Part shown: positions 36,921 to 51,222 of the stretch, in pieces | Layout of the letters: every line of letters begins with the position of its first letter | How positions within the stretch are numbered: position 1 is the first letter of the stretch | Source: Harriotta raleighana | Lineage: Eukaryota | Assembly: GCA_050575255.1 (NCBI GenBank) | Contig: JBNZDD010013714.1 | Span: 6,674,959-6,738,958, forward strand | DNA length: 64,000 nt | Direction of reading: 5' to 3' | Translations under genes and position numbers: made by a program | The notes under the pieces: generated by a model | What the model saw: only the letters and a program-made list of their open reading frames with translations | What the model was told of the DNA's origin: nothing | Databases searched by the model: none

Positions 36921-39900
36921 AAATCCTAAATTGTGCGGATTACGGAGGAGAAAATTTAAATGGATCTTTCCACCCATGGGATTCATCTCCTAGTCAGTCC
37001 TAGCTTTTCGGAGCAGAGATATTAAGGAAGAAAATTTAAGTAAAACACTTATTGGATACAAAGCTTGTAATTATTTAACACTTTATGATCTAGAATGGAA
37101 TATATTTAAGTTGAAATATGTAGAGCTTTATATAAATTCTGTATGAAACGATTATAAAATATTAACAAAGTTAGTTTTCTTTTAATCTCCTGTATGCTGA
37201 GAAATGCACTGCAAAAGAACATCATGCACTTCAGGGTTAATTAAGAGTTTCCCTGCATAGCTTTCTTTAGCTTCATCAGCTAGATTACTGTGTGTAAATA
37301 GATCTAATTTCCTTGCACTTAAATCTTCATGTGGTTAATTACAGCAACAACAATGCTTTTTCATTAGTGAGTAGGTCATTATTAGATGTCTGGCTACATT
37401 TATTATGAACAAGCTGGGTGTACCTTTTGGAAATGTCTGGAGAGACCCACTGGAAATGATGGAAGTTTCTGTATATTTTTAAGAATCCAATTAAAGTGTA
37501 TTTGAATGAGCATGGAAGCAGAAGGTGCCAATGCAAATTAAATGGATGAAAAGGGGTTCTGGGAAATCCTTGTTAATTACTGTAAAATGTATTCGTTTCT
37601 GTTTTCTTGGATGTCTTTAAACATAATGTTCATGCTGAATTCCATCTTAAGAGTTTGCGGGAGTTGATCTCTAGGGCTGAATTACTGATAGCACTAGAGT
37701 CCGAGAAGGAACTTCAGCATATTTTGCATTTCTGTGCTGCTGGAAGCAATGTGAACTATGTCACAGCGCTGCCAGCTTGTTCATCTGACTGCCATGACCC
37801 AAAGTATAATATGTGCTACAATGAAAATGTACATACCCATGACCTATCATACTGTGAAAATGGATAGGTGTGGAGCAGACATGTTTTCTCCAAATCAGAC
37901 TTAGGTGAAGGAGAAAAGCAGAGAATGAGCATGTAACTGATTGGTTGGCTCGAAAGTGGCTACTTCTACCAATTCTTTATTTTCACTGTTGATTTTAGGG
38001 AACCAAGATAATCATTGTCTTGTGAGATCAATGACTGTCTTGCCGTAGTAAATTTTGGCAAACTAATATAAATGCCTTCTTATTGGGTTCTGATTTTCAG
38101 TTTCAAAATTGGTATTTGTGGACTTATCAAAGTTGTATTTGTGTATCTGGAAACAGACCTATTGTTAATTCTAAATGTTGCTCCAACCGTAGCTTTTTAG
38201 ATTTCCCCTGAAATATTTAAATTATTCAAATTCTATTATTAATTTGTGTAAATGTATCACCTGCAAGTCTTAAACAAATAATAGATAATGTTCCAGGTTC
38301 TCTTCATTTGCTGTTACCAGTCTGAGGTCTGTATCAGTTTGAGATTAATTTCAGTGCATTGTTATGAAACAATATTTTCTGTTTATTCTTTAATCTTACA
38401 TCTCCATTTATTAGTTTACCATATTCAAGATTTTCCACTGATTGAAAACATGAATTGTAGTTGATAACGGAGGCTATGCAAGATTTTCATTGGAAGCTAT
38501 GCAAGATTTTACAAAGCTCCATATCTTGGTATTATAGACTTGCACTGACACTTAAACAAAAGAAAAGATGAGTTGTGTTGCTCAATTTAGTAAGTTATAG
38601 TGGTTGCCACTGTGCAACTGTACCTTAGGAGCAAATATTGTGCAATGTGACAACTTAGTATTGACTGTGGTTTGCTGAACACATCTGCAGCTCTGCAAGA
38701 GTATTAAAAAGAAATGTTGCAAAGGAATGTAATTTAGTGGTCTTTTTTTTATATGGTAAGAATTATACAGCAGAGCCAATCTTGACACTTTCCAACCATG
38801 TATCCTGGTGAAGGTTTGAATAAAGGTTTTTCAGTCTTATTGAGAGGACCAGCTAACTGTTGTGCAACAAAATCTTAGTACAGTAGATCAGAAATATTGT
38901 ATCAGCTCTAGTTGGACAGGGTCAAAAATCTGTACCACAAAATTTAACTGGCATCCGACAGGAAGAGAAGTCACCAGTAAAAGTATTGATTATTTGGCTC
39001 ACTGACTTCCCAGGATACCAGATAGAAGGAAGAAAAGGCAAAGATTCTGCCAGCAGTGTAAAATCTATGCACTTTCATTTGACATCTAAGCAATCAGCTC
39101 ACACTTACTAATGTTTATATTTGATATTAATGACAGCGAAACTGAAACACTTATTACATACAAGTCAGAATAGATTCTGCGGGCCACCTGTTCCCTTTAT
39201 TAATCAAAAGATAAATATTTAGTGGTGGTTATGAAGTACTGGAGTGGATGCAGGAGATCCTCATGAAGTGAAAGGTGCTATACAAATGTAATTTGTTGTT
39301 GCTATTTAATTCCAACCTAAATATTCTGGTTTACAATTTAGCCACTCTTGAACTGAGATTAATGCATTTCTAATCTCTTGTCGTGGCTTGAACACAAATC
39401 TTTAATTGAGTAAAGCCTATTCTTCAGTATTGTACCATAAAATACCTTGTGGCACAGTATGGCTGGAGAGTTTTGTTTTGACCTGACAGTACTTCTATTG
39501 GATGCTTGACATGGATACAATTTGCATAATATCCCTCACACTGATATTTATAGCCTTGATTGGTGTGTGTATAAATAAATAAATAAATTGCCTTCACAAA
39601 TGCGTAGGTGGTGACTGATACATGAATCTGAGCCACTGTGTTTCAGGTGCTTGAGGCTACTTAAATTGCATTGCCCAGCTGCCAGAAATCTTTGTTCTGT
39701 TGAAAGTTCTTAACAAAAACAACTATGAGCCAAGGATGAATGATGAAATGTTTTGATGCCTAACTTTGGATCACCATTTAGACAGTGTATCTGAAGGGAC
39801 AGCTTGGAAAGATTTTTTCTCTCTTTTTTCCTGAGGTGTTAACTCGTGTTGAAAGTGTGGTTCTAAGGGTGCTGGTCACCTGCAGGGATCATAAACAAAT

Positions 39901-39949
39901 GGCTTATCTTCAAATGTGAGCCTCAGTTGTTACTGTTAGTTCCTTCTTC

Positions 39950-40655
39950 CATCGGCTGCAGATAATCCAGGACTCTGCAGCCCATGTCCTTTACCACTCC
40001 CAAGCTTTGTGATCTCATCTCCCCCATCCTCACCTGACTCCATTGGCTCCCCATCACCCAGCGGATTCATTTCAAGATCTTGGCCTTCACATTCAAAGCC
40101 CTACATGGCCTCGCCTCACGCTACTTCTGCCTACCGCCTACCAACCTGCCTGATCGCTCCTAACCGCTTACCAACCTGCCTGATGACTCTACTCTGGCCT
40201 GCTCCATGTCCCCCAACCCACCCGCCTTACCATTGGCAGGCAGGTCTTCAGCCACACTGCCCTAACCTCTGGAACTCCATCTTACAGTCCCAGCTGAGGT
40301 CCAAAACAATGTCCTTCGCCTTGGTAGTCCTCCTTGATATGAAAGGCACTATACAAATGTAATTCTGTTGTTGTTGTTAACCAGACTATTCCATAGAGGG
40401 ATCATCCCAGACAAGTTCAATTTGTCCTCATCTCACATCCACATTTAATGTTGTTGTTGCTCTGGCCCCTCCCCTTTTCCCCCCTTTCTTCTCCCTTTTT
40501 CTCCCCCCCCTCCGACCTCCAGACCCACCCCCCCTTCCCCACCTGCTCTGGTCCCTACCTTGGGACGTTGTCGTATTCTGTAAAGTGCTTTGGTACGTCA
40601 ATAAGATGTGGAAAGCGCTATATAAATCTTAAGTCTTAAGTATTATTATTATTGT
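39950..40655 (+). mobile_element. Two tandem L2 3' fragments
   Basis: CATTGGCTCCCC...TTCAAGATCTTGGCC...CTCTGGAACTCC; tails end at about 40378 and 40655. Confidence 0.7.
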
Positions 40656-40955
40656 TCCTGCAGTTGTAATTGGGTCCCTGGTTAATTTTTCTTTCCCTTT
40701 CAAAGTGATGCAAAATGCCTACATTGCTGTCTTTCTAGAAATCAATCAACAAATAATGTATAGACAAACAATTGAGTCTAGGATGCTCCAGATCCGTGTG
40801 ACTAAAGTTCCGCTCTATACTGTAGTTATGCCATCGGAGGCATCGAGAAGTTTTACTTTTTGTTAACTATTTTTTACATTGCATCTTATCCTGGAATACT
40901 CCATTAAAGGGCTACATCGGTGGTGCAGATTGACATTTGAAAATGTAACGTTTAA

Positions 40956-42090
40956 CAATCAATCAATCAATCAAAATTTTATTTATAAAGCGCCTTTCAC
41001 GTCGGGAGGACGTCCCAAAGCGCTGTACAGCCAAGTATGGGGGGAGGGCTCAGGGAAAGGAGTAGGAAAAATTGACTGTATATTTGTGGGCGAAACGCGG
41101 CAGCCAAATTGCGCACAGCAGTGTCCCACAAACACACACAGAAATGGGGGAAAAAAAGGGGGGAAAAAATGGCAAGGGGGAGAAATGGAGGGAAAAACGG
41201 GGTGGGGTAAAATCAGGGAAGAAAGGGGGGGAGAACGGGGGACAAGGGGGAAATCAGGGAGGACAGAGAGGGAGAAATGTTGGTAAGGGGGGAAGAGGGA
41301 GGGAAGGGTGGGTAGGAGGCAAAACCAGGGAGAAAGGGGGGGAAGGGGGAAGAGGGAGGAAAGGGAGAGGGAAGGAGAAGAATAAAAAGGAAGAAAAATC
41401 AGGGGGCGGGGGGGGGGGAGTTTAAACAACAACAAACATCATCAACAATAATAAACAAAAAAGTAAATAACAATCAACGATAATAAACAAACTCAACAAC
41501 AATAGAAAACACAACAACAACAATTAACGACTGTCCAGCCACCGCTCCCTGTCCTCGCCGCCCGCCCGGACCAACTCCAAAAAGGCGGGAACCAGGTCCT
41601 CGATGGCAATGGCCGATCCCTCTCCTCTTCCCCACTGGGATGCTGGGTGCGCTCCCGGCCCTCCTCCTCCTCCTCCCGCTCCACCGCACACATCCATCAT
41701 CCGCCCAGGCCCGTGTCCTCGACTTTCAGGCCAATGACCCCGCCACTCAGGCCTGTGTCCCCGCCGCTCCAGCTCCTCGGCCGCCGGTCCCTGGGTCAAG
41801 TCACCGGGCCTGTGCGGCTCCGGCTCAGCCACAGTCCGACTCCATCCTCGACTCCCATCTCTAGCTCCAGCCGCAGCCCAGGCCAGGCCGAGCCGGCCCC
41901 CTGCTCCCAGCCGGGGAGTGGGAGTCAGATGGTAACTCCCGTGGCGTGCAGAAGGAGCCGACCGACCCCCGAGCCCCCCGCAGACACACGGGGCACAGCC
42001 CAGCTTCCCGCACTCGCGACTGGCGATCATGGTGATGGTATTGGCGGCGGCGGCTCCTAACCCTCCTGTGCCACCGCCACCATCTTGGAT
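40956..42090 (-). mobile_element. Chimeric non-autonomous retroposon, copy 2 (probably full length)
   Basis: Colinear with 3798-4800 plus about 65 extra 5' bases beginning ATCCAAGATGGTGGCGG on the minus strand. Confidence 0.85.
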
Positions 42091-42259
42091 GACAACAAAT
42101 TATTTATGTAGGGTTTTAGCATGTAGAAATATCTCAATTGCTTCCCTCAAGCAGTATCAATTTTTGTTACAATTAGTGTAATACTGTAACAGTAAAGTTC
42201 CATAACTAACTTCCAGTTGAATGGCCAATTGATATTTTTGTTCATTTTGATTTTAAAAA

Positions 42260-42364
42260 TCCACAAATATACAGTCAATTCACTTTGCAGTATATTCTGT
42301 TAAGTGCTTTGAGATATCTGAATTTGTGAAAAGTGCTGTATCAAATGTAAGGATTATTGTATTA
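42260..42364 (+). mobile_element. 3' fragment of the tRNA-SINE family
   Basis: CCACAAATATACAGTCAATTCACTTT...GGATTATT. Confidence 0.7.
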
Positions 42365-42675
42365 AAGAAAAAATATTGTCTGGAGAATCAGAAACACTGC
42401 CTTTAAAATAATGGCATGGGATGTTTTGTATTAATTTGAATTTTGGCCAGATCTTGATTTAATATTTAATTTCATAGATGGCCCTTTTTACAAAGCAGCA
42501 TATCATCAATAACAAACAGTAATGTCAGGCTAGATTGAGAGAATCTTTAGGAGAGCACCATAATGCAGCATTATAACTTTTCCGTTTTCTACTTTAGTTA
42601 TCCTATGACTTTTCTGGTTTGAAGGTTCAGAATTACTTATATCCATTCAGGACCAGGTTGAGAGGACCCAAATGT

Positions 42676-42965
42676 GGAGTTCTGTAGCTCAATGGTTAGA
42701 GCATTTGCCTTACAAGCCAGGCAGGTCAGGGCGAAACCTTGGGCAAGTTTCCTTACTGATAATACCTCCCAAAAAAACACAATAATAAATTGGTCATTTT
42801 AATCCACGATTGTTTGTGGGACATTGCTGTGTGCATTTGGCTGCTGCATTTCACCCTCAAATATACAGTCAATTCACTTTACAGCATATTCTATGAGTGC
42901 TTTGAGATCTCCAGAAAACTATATCATATACACTATATCAAATGCAAGGATTATTATTGTTATTA
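42676..42965 (+). mobile_element. tRNA-derived SINE with box B deleted
   Basis: GGAGTTCTGTAGCTCAATGGTTAGAGC head with the family body and tail. Confidence 0.82.
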
Positions 42966-44239
42966 AATGTTCACTTGAGATCCCAGCATTTAAGGTCCCA
43001 GAGACGGGATACCTCAGTACCGATTGATAAGACAACCAACCAGTATATTTTGACTCCCTAGTTCTCAGAACAGTTTTCTGACCCACCTCATCATTATTTT
43101 TAATCATACAATAGTTACACTTCAACAGTTCAAAGACCTGTTTTACAAATATATTATGCTAAAGTAATATGTTGACAAAACTTGACACACATGGCATAAT
43201 ATTTTCAACTTAAAGTATAGTACTTTTAGGTAGAATATCTATAAATTATTGAAAACAAAATATAGCAGCAGTTATTTAGACTGTCAGGTGTGAAGACACT
43301 AGAATTTTCGGACATTAAGGATATATTGAATTGTTGCTCCATATTCTGGTCCACTGCATCCTACCACTGGCAGTCAGTAATTAGACATGATGGTTGCACA
43401 ATTGAAGTAAGTGCAAATTTGAAAGTGCCTAAACAAGTAGAAAATTACACATCTAACTCCTATTTGCCAATGCAATAAGATTTTGTTGAAAAGAAACAAA
43501 AAAATCAAAATTCTGGAGCTGGTATGGATGAGGATTATATAAGAACATAGTTACTGGATATACCAATCTGGTCAATTTGTATCTCAAAGAGAAAATAGTT
43601 GTTTTGGGGTATGATTCATCAGAACACTTTTTTTTTCAATCCCTGGTCAAGCCTGCCTGCCTAATTGCCCATCGTCCCCTTTCGCACTAATCGTTGCTGA
43701 AACTCTCATTTATGACTTTGTTGCTTTCCGTCTCAACTTCTCAACTTAACTGTCACCATTCTACCTATAAATTGTGGTTGACCAAAACTCGCCATTGCAT
43801 CCTCACACATATCAAATTCCACATGCTCACCATACCAGTCCTCACAAACTCCTTGATTCCAATTCATCAACTTCACATAAATTCCTTTTATGCTCTCTAT
43901 CTCTGTGATCTCCTACCCTGCTCTTCTGCTCATCCTTTCTGCTTGACTAATTTTGGCCTGCAGTGTTCCCTCTTCACCACCATTAGTGATGAAGCCTTCA
44001 CAAATCCATCCCGTGAGGCACGGGAGCAACAAAGGCATGAATGAAGGTTTCAGCAGGATTTGGTGTGAAATTGGGAGAAGTGAGCATTGTAGTGATGGTA
44101 AAGAAAAGATGTGGCCAAGGACAAAAAAAAAATTCTGTAGAACTCTCTCCTCTACCCCACACATTTCCTCTGTTTTTAAATCCTGCTTTAATAAACTACG
44201 TCTTCGATCAGGCCATGGTAACTTTCACTATCCTCCTTG

Positions 44240-44765
44240 CTTACATAAAAATTAGGAGCAGGAGTAGGCCATTGGGCCCTTCAAGCCTGCCATGCCATTC
44301 AATAAGATTATGGCTGATCTTCTGACCTAACTAATTACCTGCCCTATCCCCATATCCTCTAATCCCTCTATTTAAAAAAATCTTATCAATCTCAGCCTTG
44401 AAAATGTTCAAGGACTGAGCATCTACAGCCTTCTGGGGTAGTGAATTCCATAAATTCACTACCCTATGAGTGAAGAAATGTTTCCTCAACTCTGTTCTAA
44501 AAGGCTGACACTTAATTTTAAGACTGACCTCTGGTTATAGATTCTCCTACCAGGGGAAACAGTCCCTCAGTGTCTACTTTATCCAGCCCGTTAAGAATCT
44601 TATATGTTTCAATAAGATCCCCCCTCATTTTTCTGTACTCTAGAGAATACAACCCTAGTTTATTCAACCTATCCTCATAGGTCAGACCCCTCATCCCAGG
44701 AACCAATCTAGTGAATCTATGCTGCACCCCCTCTAAAGCAAGTATGTCCTTTTTTAAATAAGGTG
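44240..44765 (-). mobile_element. CR1 LINE 3' fragment
   Basis: Minus [33 protein letters not shown], near-identical to 5160-5640. Confidence 0.92.
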
Positions 44766-46199
44766 TCCAACTTTGGCTTTGTGATGTGCTCAGACCTAAT
44801 CACACACAATATACAGTCTTTGTGGGTGCTAAGGTCTTTACAATATATACATGCTTCACAGTGTATCCTGTGAAGCACTTTGAGACGTCTCAACAATATA
44901 GGGTGCCATATGAAATGCAAGGATTATTCTCCGTGAAGGATATTTTATAAATACAAGTTATTCTTACTTTCAATCTTGTCCATTAATACACTTTGCATCA
45001 ATTACCCCCAAACTCATTCACCAAGACAAGAGCCTAGGATGAGGTTGAATTGCACTTTAACATTCACCAAGAAATAAAAAAAACAATGAAGTCAGGAAAC
45101 GAATATGATGAATGAATAAAATTGCACTTGATTTACGAGTTCCAGGAGGAAAGTCATCAGAAGTGACTGGGGTCAGAAAGAGAGTGCCATAAGATCTTCA
45201 GTCTGGAATGTTTGAACCAGGTGCAGGAAGCTGATATTATTTCACTACGGAATTTGGTAAAAATCATCTCAAAATGTTTTGCCCTTGTTGAACATTTTCT
45301 AAAATCATAATGTTGAGAATTATTAACAGAAGTACAATGCCAATACTTTATGCCCCACAATAAATTGTCACTAAATATAAATTAATTTATTGCTGATGTA
45401 ATTGTGGACGTGGTGCATACTGTATATATCCATTATTTTTCATTCAGTAGATGAAACTGGATTGCCTGCAGTTGAAGAAATAGAGACTGTACGATGCACT
45501 ACATTTTTGTATAATGCAACATATAGCACAACCTCTACTTTAGCAAATACCAATTCATCAATTCACTTACACATGGTGCTGTTATACATCTCAGGGGCAC
45601 TTGCCCTGCTGTTAGAAAGTGTTGCTGAATGTCCCTCCATCCCTATACCCCAAATTATATGCTCTCATTTTGCCTCCTTCCTTCATTAGTACCACTACCA
45701 CAGGGGAGTCACAAGGGTCATACTCAGGGACACGTCAGTATTTAATGAGAAGAAGTGCAGAGATCTTGTGGATAAAACCTGCAAATGCACACAATAGGGA
45801 CACTCCAATAGTGACATTTTGACACAAAAGATCTTTCCAATTAATATTGTGGCTGTGCTGCATTTGTCAATGCATTTAAGGAATGACAATTGGCCATTCT
45901 GTGAAAAAGAAAGTACAGTATTTGGAGATCTTCCAGCCTTTGGTGAAAGTTTGCCTAGAACACGTAGGTATCTATGATGAAGGTTGGCATCTAGTTGCTG
46001 TAATAAGATGAATGGCTGGTTAAGGTCATACTGGAAAGATAAATTCTTTCAGGTGAAATATGACAAGATTGTTGCAACGTTCTTTCCTATTGCTCTCTCT
46101 TTGCCCGGGATAATGGAGTTTTTCTTTAACAATAGTAAGAATGTAGATGTATTTCTTGTCGTTGTTTTGTGGGTAACTATACTATCATAATTCCTTCTG

Positions 46200-46497
46200 C
46201 TGGAGGGAGGGGGGGGCGCAGAGAGCCGCTCGGGGGCAGTGGGGTACTCGGGAGTGGGTGGGGGGCAGAGAGCTGCTCGGGGCCGGGGGGGGCAGAGACG
46301 CTTGCGGGGGATAGAGAGCCGCTCGGGGGCAAGCAGAGGGGCAGAGAGCTGCTCGGGGATGGGTGGGGGTCAGAGACCGCAGGCCAGCCAGTGTGTATGC
46401 ACAAGTTTTCGGCGCTGCACAAAAAAGTTATGCCTTTGTTTCGTCACGTATACTTGAATTCCCAATCGATAAAGTTGCATTCGATGAGGGTTAACTG
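46200..46497. repeat. G-rich minisatellite (GGGGCAGAGAGCYGCTCGGGG-like units) within a truncated Tigger-like MITE end
   Basis: About 6 imperfect units at 46210-46380. Ends GAGGGTTAACTG|TA like a pogo-type TIR; the partner TIR was not found. Confidence 0.55.
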
Positions 46498-46659
46498 TAC
46501 TATCCTCTGGAATGAGCAGTGAGTACTGAATACACAAATCGGAAACACGTTTTTATTTTCAGAGGAGATGAGTTCAAAGCTAAGAAATAATAAGACTCTT
46601 CATAGTGTTATCCCAAGGAATACACTGCAAACATTCTACAGTGACAACTATTCAAGTAA

Positions 46660-47190
46660 CTTATTTCAACTGAATGCTTTGCGTAGTGTTCCGTAGACAG
46701 CCATCAAATAAATGGATGATTGATGGCCAGGGCACTGGGGGAAGCTCCCTTCTCTTAATAAGTTTCATGCGATCTTTAACGTCCATCACAACATTAAAGG
46801 TCAAGAAGACTCCATGTCTTGACCATGCAACTCCCTACATCAGTGTATTAACACTACACCAACCTGTCCCTCTCCCTTCTGCTGGGCAAGGACTGATTTG
46901 CTCCATACCCACCTCCCAACTCATCCCATCATTGGTGGTCAGGTATTCAGCCTTTCTGCCCCCATCTTTTGGAATTCCATCCCAGAATCCATCTGCCTTG
47001 ACCCCTCCCTTGCCTCCTTCAAGGCCCATTTCAAGATCTTTCTCTTTGGCTGTGCCTTCAACCACCTTCCCCACCCTCCAGGCCTCTTAATTCAAACCAC
47101 CAGCTTGGGTGCAAACTCTTAACTGTTCAGCACCTTGGCAAGTCCTTCCGATCTGAACGGTGATAAATAGCTAAGCTTTTGTTGTGGTGG
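46660..47190. mobile_element. Deu-SINE remnant (-) abutting an L2 3' fragment (+)
   Basis: GATCTTTAACGTCCA is the reverse Deu core; then GCCTTTCTGCCCCCATCTTTTGGAATTCC...TTCAAGGCCCATTTCAAGA of L2. Confidence 0.55.
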
Positions 47191-47997
47191 GTATTCCGGA
47201 AGGTTCAGATCAGGTAGTTTGAAGGGCCTTCTTTATCCAAACCAATCTTGTGATATTTAACCGGGTGGTCTCTAAGAACCTTTTTGTTAAATTGGTAAAC
47301 TCCCGCTGTTGAGTTTCACTCTTATTGCAGGGGAAAAAAACAATCTGACTATTAAGAGATAAATTACAATGTAACAAGCAATGCTAATATTTTTACAATA
47401 AAGCGGTGCTTGATTGAATATGTGGCAGTTAGTGGGTTAGTGATTAAAATCACTGAGTTGGTGATTAAAATCCTGAAATATACTTAAATATTGATTAGAA
47501 CCAAATTGCTGGAGAACCAGACTTATTCTATTACCCGATTAAATCAGAGTTACCATTTAAAAAAATATAAATTGAAGCAGTTCAATACATTCATTTATAA
47601 CTTGAAATAATATTGCACATTTTTATTTAAGATGACAAGATTTTCACTTATAACTTTGTCTTCTTTTCCTGTTGAGTTCAAAAAATGCCAATTTTTTCAA
47701 GCTGTGATCAGAACTGTATTGCATGTCATTACCATGGTTACATAAATTAGGAAATTATGATGTTCAAAATGAAGGCTGAAAATAGAAGATTCAGTAATAG
47801 CTTCATTTAGCTGATAAAACAAACTCGTTACTTAACAGTTTGTTCTGCTGTAATTTTATTGGTATGATTAGACTCTAGACACTCATGTCTTTGCTATACA
47901 AAATACTGCAAGTATCAGTGACTACAGACATGCCTCATTATCCAAACAAATTGTTTAATGTGTAGATTTGGATTTTATTGGTAGTATAAAGTTAGTA

Positions 47998-48427
47998 CAG
48001 TAAAAGTCCTTTAATCCGGCACTGGATAATCCGGAAAACCTTATAGTCCAGCATTTGCAACGGTCTGTTTTTTTGCAATCTGTGCATCTCTATGTGCATC
48101 TCTTCCCAGAGATCATTCACACTCTAAATTTTCCTCGGGGGCCTGTCACTGACATCACATATAATATGTGCGCATGCACGCTTTAATAAGTGTGCATGCG
48201 CGCAATTTAATTTTTTAAAAATTAACTTTCGGCGGGTATGATGCCTCTTTAGCCAGTCCACAGGGCTGGAGAGAGCTCTGGGTTTCGCTAGACAGGTATG
48301 GAATATAGATAAGAGCGCAGCACACTCAAATCCTCCCATCCCTAAGAGTAATGTCCAATAATCCGTCATATCTGCTAATCTGGCACCGCCTAGGTCCCGA
48401 CCGTGCCGGATTATTGGACTTTTACTG
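47998..48427. mobile_element. Tc1/mariner (pogo/Tigger-type) MITE
   Basis: TIRs CAGTAAAAGTCCTTTAATCCGGCAC / GTGCCGGATTATTGGACTTTTACTG with TA duplications. Internal palindrome TGTGCGCATGCAC..GTGCATGCGCGCA. Confidence 0.85.
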
Positions 48428-51222
48428 TACTTATATGTTCATTTGTATGGTTAATCGCTAAAAGGCAACATCTGCATGGAAGAAATATTAAAATACCTGA
48501 TAACCTCAAGCACATCTGCCTGACCTCAATAACTGGAAAATTAATCATTATGAGCAAGCCAAATGGAAGAGTATGGAAAGGAAGAGTGGAAGTAACCTAA
48601 TAACTCATAGCCACTATAACACAGAAGGTTAAAATCTTATCTGACCTAATAGACATTATTATTTGCCAATACTTTTAAAAGGCCTTTGACAAAGTAACAC
48701 ATGAGAGACAAGTTTACAAATTGGTATCAATGCAAATTAATAATTGGCTATAGGGAAGGATTCATGCCTATTCCAATACATACAGCTGCTCCATTCAAAT
48801 GTCATTCAGGAATTGCTATAGTTTTATGTTACATTATGTTATGTCCAATATATGTTGATAGCCATTTTATAGCTTGGGATGTTATCCAATTTTATATTTA
48901 CAAAATAAGGTTCCATAATAATAACAAATCGACGTCTATAGTTTATTGGTTGAGTATATATCTGGCAACTTAATTATTTGGATAACAACTCACACCATGG
49001 CAACTTTTTACATAGTATTGTTACACAGGAATCAGTCACTATACGTCAGAAGACACTGCATGAAGCAAGAGAATACAATGTTAGACTGCATATATTATTG
49101 CCGCAGTACCACATTGTTCAGGAAGCATAGCAGACGATTGCAGATGAGAGTAAATTAATTAAACCAGTCATTTTTAAATAGGCCAGAGTTCTCATTTAAA
49201 TGATCTAACCTCTTAATAAAGTAGAAAAGAACAGCTGATCCCAGTTGTACCAGATTGTAATATCCCCCAATGTTCACAGTGCTACCCATTTCATCATTGG
49301 AAAATAGTATATCAGTGAAAAATTAACTCTTCAAGTGTTGTTGGCTTTGAACGTACAGAATTTGTAAACATTACAGATAAATTTTGCCACAAATTAAGCT
49401 TCAGCTTTGTCAGCTCCCCCCCCTTCTCTCCTCCCCACCTCCCTTCCCATCCCTCAAACACACTCACGGGTGTCCAACTTAATGTAAAAACTTCCCTATT
49501 TGTGCATGTACTGGGATGTGTCAATACTTTATATCTTAAAGGAGGACGGTTATTGTTTTCACAAGGGAAAGAGACCAGAAGTCCATAGTGTGACATTTAC
49601 CACCACATAGTGTGCTAGTGTTGCCCTGTTGTTTTCATAAAGTGAATGATGTCATGGTTTATGAGCCAGGAAGGAGAAGGCTTTCCAAGGAATCCTTCCA
49701 GGCACCCATTCCCTTTATATGCATTAATAGTGGTGGGTTGTACATTCAGGGACCACATTTTCCTGTTTAATTGTTTTGCATAGTGTGCAGATAGGAAGCA
49801 CAGAAAATGATTTGCCATTTTCTACAGATTCAATGATGTATTTCAGGCTTGTTTTTTAGTGCTGTTAGTAGTGTTATAGTATTAATGTAGAAGGTAAGCT
49901 ATTAGTCAAGATAACACTGCGCATATTGCAAAAGTATCAGAATTAATTATAATTGGCATACTAGAATTTTAGAAAAGGTAATAGAGAATTTAAAAATAAA
50001 ATTTGTCTGGTCTTGTCATTCAGTTGATGTGATCAGTGAGGGAGAATTAAATTGGTTCTTGTAAGTTTTATTTATATTTGATGGAACTTCCATACATCTT
50101 ACATAGTTATTGTTTGTTGACACTGTTGAAAATTAATCCCATTGAAAGTTTTCACACATATGGAGTTCTTGGCATTTGATACAATCAACTGTCAAAGTCA
50201 GACAAATGACAGCTCAAGAAGGTCATAAAGGTCGGAGCTCCAGGAGGTCAAAAGCAGATAACAATGTACAAGTTGGAAAGTCGCTGAATCTTATTGTTCT
50301 AAAACACAGCAAGCCCTTTTCTTTATAATCCTGTAAAATTCTATAACCCCGGAAATATGTTTAGTGCATATTTACCAGAATATAATTTGTTGATTGTTTG
50401 ATGTGTGACTGTTTTTCGTAAAACCTGACTTGCACTTGTAATAAATATGTTTCAACATTTTATATGAATGTAACTTTATTGTTAGTATATTGAATTAATA
50501 AATGAGATGCACTGCACTTGTAACATAACTGAGAAATATATTCAATTGTATGGTTATTATAAATTATGTAAGATGTAGGAAATTAGAATTCTTCATGTCA
50601 AGGCAGGTTATAGCATAGATAGTTTGAATCTTGTACAGTTGTATGAATACAAATTCTTGATTTGATTAACAATCACAAACTGATTGCATTCAGTTGAATG
50701 CAGTTTCTTCAATAAAATAATGTGCTAAATGTAATTTCCCAATAAAAATAATTAAACTTCAATATATTATCCTGTTTGATCTTAATCTAAAAATTGGCAG
50801 GGTTTAATGTTTATTTTTGAGGGGCGATGATCCAGGATTTAGCTGAACCCAAACTGAATATGTCAATCTTTTTTTAAAAAGCATTTTTTGAACACTTCAA
50901 ATAGCTATATGTTGTTACAAGTGATGTTTCACTATATCTTTTCAATGATCCACATCTTAAATTTCTGTTTGTTATCTGCAAACATTTTTGATTGAAATAT
51001 AATTTCGTTGACTTTGACATTTTATTTGCAAGAGTTATTTGTAATTGCACTGTTGATTTCTGTTCTAGGACTGGGTTGGAGAATATTTCAATATACTTTT
51101 TACAAGCATGCCATATTATTTATTTAATTTGTGTGCTTCAATATTAATAATACTATCTTATTTTCTTAAATCTTTCCACACTATAATCTCACGCATTATG
51201 GTATATTCTGCTTCATCAGCAG

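Noticed and set aside
38473-38510. Short direct repeats here and at about 30080-30130 and 47440-47472
   Set aside because: Two-copy local slippage duplications with no array or spacer structure. Not CRISPR-like, and the DNA is eukaryotic.
48650-48720. FKKAFDKV-like peptide
   Set aside because: Tiny ancient CR1 RT relic with no open frame.
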